Shown: in pieces, positions 60,101-64,000 of the stretch
Position numbering within the stretch: the first letter of the stretch is position 1
Layout: the number at the start of each line of letters is the position of its first letter
Origin: Eledone cirrhosa
Taxonomy: Eukaryota
NCBI GenBank assembly: GCA_964016885.1
Contig: OZ024748.1
Coordinates: 26,412,001-26,476,000, forward strand
Length of the DNA: 64,000 nucleotides
Direction of reading: 5' to 3'
The notes under the pieces: model-generated
Told to the model about the DNA's origin: nothing
The model's input: only the letters and a program-made list of their open reading frames with translations
The model's database searches: none
Program-made: the position numbers and the translations under genes

Positions 60101-63100
60101 AGTTGCTAGAACAATGCATACATCACCTGAAACAACAGTTGTTTCATCTCCAGAACACACCTCTATAACACCTACAAATGAACTTACTAGTATTGAATAT
60201 ACAACTGAGACATCAACTGAAAAACCACTACCTATAAAGACACCTACAAGCACAGCTGAAAAGATCACTGAAACTATAACAGACACAACAGCAACAACAT
60301 CACAGCTTCCTTCAACAAGTGAAATCCATATAGAAACTCCTAAATCTACTTCTGAACTGCCTCATATAACTGACGTTGAAACAAGTACGATGGAAAGAAC
60401 AACACAAATTACAGATATTGAAACTGAACGCACAACTCAGACAGAAATTACACCACAACTAACAACATCTCCTGAAGAAACAACTCTGTCTACTCAGGTA
60501 GAGGACATCGAAAAGGTGACACCAACACGAGTTGCTAGCACAATGCATACATCACCTGAAACAACAGTTGTTTCATCTCCTGAACACACCTCTATAACAT
60601 CTACAGATGAACTTACTAGTATTGAATATAGAACTGAGACATCAACTGAAAAATCACTACCTACGATAACACCTACAAGCACAGCAGAAAAGATCACTGA
60701 AACTATAACAGACACAACAGCAACAACATCACAGCTTCCTTCAACAAGTGAAATCCATATAGAAACTCCTAAATCTACTTCTGAACTGCCTCATATAACT
60801 GACATTGAAACAAGTACAGTGGAAAGGACAACACAAATTACAGATATTGAAACTGAACGCACAACTCAGACAGAAATTACACCACAACTAACAACATCTC
60901 CTGAAGAAACAACTCTGTCTACTCAGGTAGAGGACATCGTAAAGGTGACACCAACACAAGTTGCTAGCACAATGCATACATCACCTGAAACAACAGTTGT
61001 TTCGTCTCCAGAACACACCTCTATAACACCTACAGATGAACTTACTAGTATTGAATATACAACTGAGACATCAACTGAAAAACCACTACCTATCAAGACA
61101 CCTACAAGCACGGCAGAAAAGATCACTGAAACTATAACAGACACAGTAGCAACAACATCACAGCTTCCTTCAACAAGTGAAATCCATATAGAAACTCCTA
61201 AATCTACTTCTGAACTGCCTTATACAACTGACATTGAAACAAGTACAGCGGAAAGGACAACACAAATTACAGATATTGAAACTGAACGCACAACTCAGAC
61301 AGAAATTACACCACAACTAACAACATCTCCTGAAGAAACAACTCTGTCTACTCAGGTAGAGGACATCGAAAGGGTGACACCAACACAAGTTGCTAGCACA
61401 ATGCATACATCACCTGAAACAACAGTTGTTTCATCTCCAGAACACACCTCTATAACACCTACAGATGAACTTACTAGTATTGAATATACAACTGAGACAT
61501 CAACTGAAAAACCACTACCTATGACAACAAGTACAAGCACAGCAGAAAAGATCACTGAAACTAGAACAGACACAACAGCAACAACATCACAGCTTCCTTC
61601 AACAAGTGAAATCCATATAGAAACTCCTAAATCTACTTCTGAACTGCCTCATATAACTGACATTGAAACAAGTACAGTGGAAAGAACAACACAAGTTACA
61701 GATATTGAAACTGAGCGCACAACTCAGACAGAAATTACACCACAACACACAACATCTCCTGAAGAAACAACACTGTCTACTCAGGTAGAGGACATCAAAA
61801 GGGTGACACCAACACAAGTTGCTAGCACAATGCATACATCACCTGAAACAACAGTTGTTTCATCTCCAGAACACACCTCTATAACACCTACAGATGAACT
61901 TACTAGTATTGAATATAGAACTGAGACATCAACTGAAAAATCACTACCTACGATAACACCTACAAGCACAGCAGAAAAGATCACTGAAACTATAACAGAC
62001 ACAACAGCAACAACATCACAGCTTCCTTCAACAAGTGAAATCCATATAGAAACTCCTAAATCTACTTCTGAACTGCCTCATATAACTGACATTGAAACAA
62101 GTACAGTGGAAAGGACAACACAAATTACAGATATTGAAACTGAACGCACAACTCAGACAGAAATTACACCACAACTAACAACATCTCCTGAAGAAACAAC
62201 TCTGTCTACTCAGGTAGAGGACATCGAAAAGGTGACACCAACACAAGTTGCTAGCACAATGCATACATCACCTGAAACAACAGTTGTTTCATCTCCAGAA
62301 CACACCTCTATAACACCTACAGATGAACTTACTAGTATTGAATATACAACTGAGACATCAACTGAAAAACCACTACCTATCAAGACACCTACAAGCACGG
62401 CAGAAAAGATCACTGAAACTATAACAGACACAGTAGCAACAACATCACAGCTTCCTTCAACAAGTGAAATCCATATAGAAACTCCTAAATCTACTTCTGA
62501 ACTGCCTTATACAACTGACATTGAAACAAGTACAGCGGAAAGGACAACACAAATTACAGATATTGAAACTGAACGCACAACTCAGACAGAAATTACACCA
62601 CAACTAACAACATCTCCTGAAGAAACAACTCTGTCTACTCAGGTAGAGGACATCGTAAAGGTGACACCAACACAAGTTGCTAGCACAATGCATACATCAC
62701 CTGAAACAACAGTTGTTTCATCTCCAGAACGCACCTCTATAACACCTACAGATGAACTTACTAGTATTGAATATACAACTGAGACATCAACTGAAAAACC
62801 ACTACCTATCAAGACACCTACAAGCACAGCGGAAAAGATCACTGAAACTAGAACAGACACAACAGCAACAACATCACAGCTTCCTTTAAGAACAACACAA
62901 GTTACAGATATTGAAACTGAGCGCACAACTCAGACAGAAATTACACCACAACAAACAACATCTCCTAAAGAAACAACACTGTCTACTCATATAACTGACA
63001 TTGAAACAAGTACAGTGGAAAGAACAACACAAATTACAGATATTGAAACTGAACGCACAACTCAGACAGAAATTACACCACAACTAACAACATCTGAAGA

Positions 63101-63998
63101 AACAACTCTGTCAACTCAGGTAGAGGACATCGAAAAGGTGACACCAACAACAGTTGTTTCATCTCCAGAACACACCTCTATAACACCTACAGGTGAACTT
63201 ACTAGTATTGAATATACAACTGAGACATCAACTGAAAAACCACTACCTGTCAAGACACATACAAGCACCGCAGAAAAGATCACTGAAACTAGAACAGACA
63301 CAACAGCAACAACATCACAGTTTCCTTTAACAAGTGAAATCCATATAGAAACTCATAAATCTACTTCTGAACTGCCTCATATAACTGACATTGAAACAAG
63401 TACAGTGGAAAGAACAACACAAATTACAGATATTGAAACTGAACGCACAACTCAAGCAGAAATTACACCACAACAAACAACATCTCCTGAAGAAACAACT
63501 CTGTCTGCTCAGGTAGAGGACATCGAAAAGGTGACACCAACACAAGTTGCTAGAACAATGCATACATCACCTGAAACAACAGTTGTTTCATCTCCAGAAC
63601 ACACCTCTATAACACTTACAGATGAACTTATTAGTATTGAATATACAACTGAGACATCAACTGAAAAACCACTACCTATCAAGACACCTACAAGCACAGC
63701 AGAAAAGATCACTGAAACTATAACAGACACAGCAGCAACAACATCACAGCTTCCTTCAACAAGTGAAATCCATATAGAAACTCCTAAATCTACTTCTGAA
63801 CTGCCTCATATAACTGACATTGAAACAAGTACAGTGGAAAGAACAACACAAATTACAGATATTGAAACTGAACGCACAACTCAGACAGAAATTACACCAC
63901 AACTAACAACATCTCCTGAAGAAACAACTCTGTCTACTCAGGTAGAGGACATCGAAAAGGTGACACCAACACAAGTTGCTAGCACAATGCATACATCA
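3..63998 (+). CDS. Giant mucin-like PTS (Thr/Ser/Pro/Glu-rich) tandem-repeat protein, internal fragment; ORF open at both window edges (~21,332 codons)
   Basis: Frame 3 translates caa gtt gct agc aca atg cat aca tca cct gaa... (QVASTMHTSPE...) from position 3 and is still in frame at the end (...atg cat aca tca, 63996-63998). The antisense landmark ORFs keep the same coordinate mod 3 from 398 to 63509, so there is no net frameshift. An in-frame ATG lies at 18-20 and in nearly every unit, yet the ORF track lists no + strand ORF, which fits the absence of any stop. About 50% of the unit is P/T/S, typical of mucin O-glycosylated domains. Confidence 0.88.
14970..21854 (+). repeat. Higher-order repeat, period 3432 bp (8x429), two tandem copies
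   Basis: Rare variants recur at +3432: ctt tct tca (~15216/18648), aga aat gag (16830/20262), gag gaa atc (~17130/20562), cag gaa gag (~17552/20984), gac ttc gta (~17991/21423). Confidence 0.92.
23650..27905 (+). repeat. Higher-order duplication, offset 2574 bp (6x429)
   Basis: tct gta aca at 23655/26229 and gaa cta act at ~24101/26675. The unit order 23984-24413-24842 is repeated at 26558-26987-27416. Confidence 0.8.
27940..31060 (+). repeat. Higher-order repeat, period 1716 bp (4x429)
   Basis: The markers aca aca aca aca (~28071/29787), gac ttc gaa, aaa tta cta, gac gtt gaa aca agt atg atg and aca cga gtt all recur at +1716. Confidence 0.82.
32564..33436 (+). repeat. Rearranged in-frame unit pair (480 bp + 393 bp), copy 1
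   Basis: A 99-bp segment, 32814-32912 (RTTQVTD...TTLST), replaces 48 bp (TSEIHIETPKSTSELP). A 36-bp deletion follows at ~33077 (cca aca|aca gtt gtt). Confidence 0.9.
36869..37741 (+). repeat. Rearranged in-frame unit pair (480 + 393 bp), copy 2
   Basis: Same junctions as copy 1: cct tta|aga aca at 37119, tct act|cat ata at 37217, and the 36-bp deletion at ~37382. Confidence 0.9.
45010..46700 (+). repeat. Higher-order repeat, period 858 bp (2x429)
   Basis: aca agt ctg, gtg cca cca, cgc aga act and gaa cct aga recur at +858 (units 45029/45887 and 45458/46316). Confidence 0.75.
50177..51046 (+). repeat. Rearranged in-frame unit pair (477 + 393 bp), copy 3
   Basis: Same junctions (50427-50525; deletion ~50687), plus an extra one-codon deletion (tct gaa gaa, ~50633). 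Confidence 0.9.
59195..60064 (+). repeat. Rearranged in-frame unit pair (477 + 393 bp), copy 4
   Basis: Junctions at 59445-59543, codon deletion ~59651, 36-bp deletion ~59705. Confidence 0.9.
62639..63508 (+). repeat. Rearranged in-frame unit pair (477 + 393 bp), copy 5
   Basis: Junctions at 62889-62987, codon deletion ~63095, 36-bp deletion ~63149. Confidence 0.9.
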
Positions 63999-64000
63999 CC

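Larger units (their letters stand above)
56667..63615 (+). repeat. Higher-order repeat, period 3444 bp (8 units: 6x429 + 477 + 393), two tandem copies
   Basis: Units at 56621...59672 recur at 60065...63116. Shared markers are aca aat gaa (~56733/60177), cct tat aca, atg aca aca agt, caa cac aca and the rearranged 477/393 unit pair. Confidence 0.92.
1..64000 (+). repeat. Coding tandem repeat (VNTR/macrosatellite), 429-bp unit = 143 codons, ~149 copies
   Basis: The landmark tctactcaggtagaggac recurs every 429 bp (e.g. 1253, 1682, 2111, 2540, 2969...). Units differ by a handful of substitutions each, and occasional units are 426, 477, 480 or 393 bp. Confidence 0.99.

Noticed and set aside
645-63563. 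Minus-strand Cys-rich 65-78 aa ORFs (MHCASNLCWCH...) resembling metallothionein or toxin peptides
   Set aside because: The Cys (tgt) codons are the reverse complement of Thr (aca) codons. The ORF appears only when the + strand variant cta>caa removes an antisense TAG, so it is a by-product.
398-63730. ~145 minus-strand 61-95 aa hydrophobic ORFs (MSVLVSVIFSAVLVGV...) resembling small membrane proteins or toxins
   Set aside because: They are antisense shadows of Thr/Glu-rich codons, starting from a GTG-type codon. They are broken by stops in some units (near 824, 3824, 27845) while the + frame never is, and there are no intergenic or regulatory gaps.
3-63998. Assigning a specific gene name (MUC2, MUC5AC, MUC16, MUC17, MUC19, zonadhesin, dumpy, or a bacterial giant adhesin)
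   Set aside because: No terminal or folded domain is in the window, and the unit matches no repeat I recognise. Low-complexity similarity alone cannot establish orthology or even the taxon.
1-64000. CRISPR array or repeat-spacer / integron-like cassette array
   Set aside because: There are no unique spacers or cassettes. The entire 429-bp unit is repeated, and no cas or integrase sequence is present.
1-64000. Non-coding satellite or centromeric DNA
   Set aside because: Unit length and all indels are multiples of 3, one frame is stop-free, the translation has a coherent mucin composition, and the internal sub-repeats diverge synonymously.
1-64000. Strong A/C-rich strand skew and scarce CpG as an independent signal
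   Set aside because: Largely explained by aca/act/gaa codon content. At most it is weakly suggestive of a CpG-methylating eukaryotic genome.

Overview
The whole 64 kb window is one head-to-tail tandem array of about 149 copies of a 429-bp unit. On the + strand, frame 3 (codons start at 3, 6, 9...), it reads as a single uninterrupted ORF of about 21,332 codons that is open at both window edges. The supplied ORF track misses it, most likely because no stop codon occurs. The unit encodes a 143-aa Thr/Ser/Pro/Glu-rich mucin-type (PTS) repeat: TQVASTMHTSPETTVVSSPEHTSITPTDELTSIEYTTETSTEKPLPIKTPTSTAEKITETRTDTTATTSQLPSTSEIHIETPKSTSELPHITDIETSTVERTTQITDIETERTTQTEITPQLTTSPEETTLSTQVEDIEKVTP. By hand count it has 43 T, 16 S, 12 P, 20 E and 5 D, and no C/W/F/G/N. 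All length variants I found (426, 477, 480, 393 bp) keep the frame. The array shows satellite-like higher-order repeats (3000, 3432, 2574, 1716, 858, 3444 bp periods), regional strata of variants, and dimorphic sequence modules shuffled between units. The listed minus-strand ORFs are antisense shadows of this repeat. The best reading is the interior of a giant mucin-like gene, probably a giant animal exon. Neither terminus nor any identifying domain is in view, so gene and organism cannot be named.
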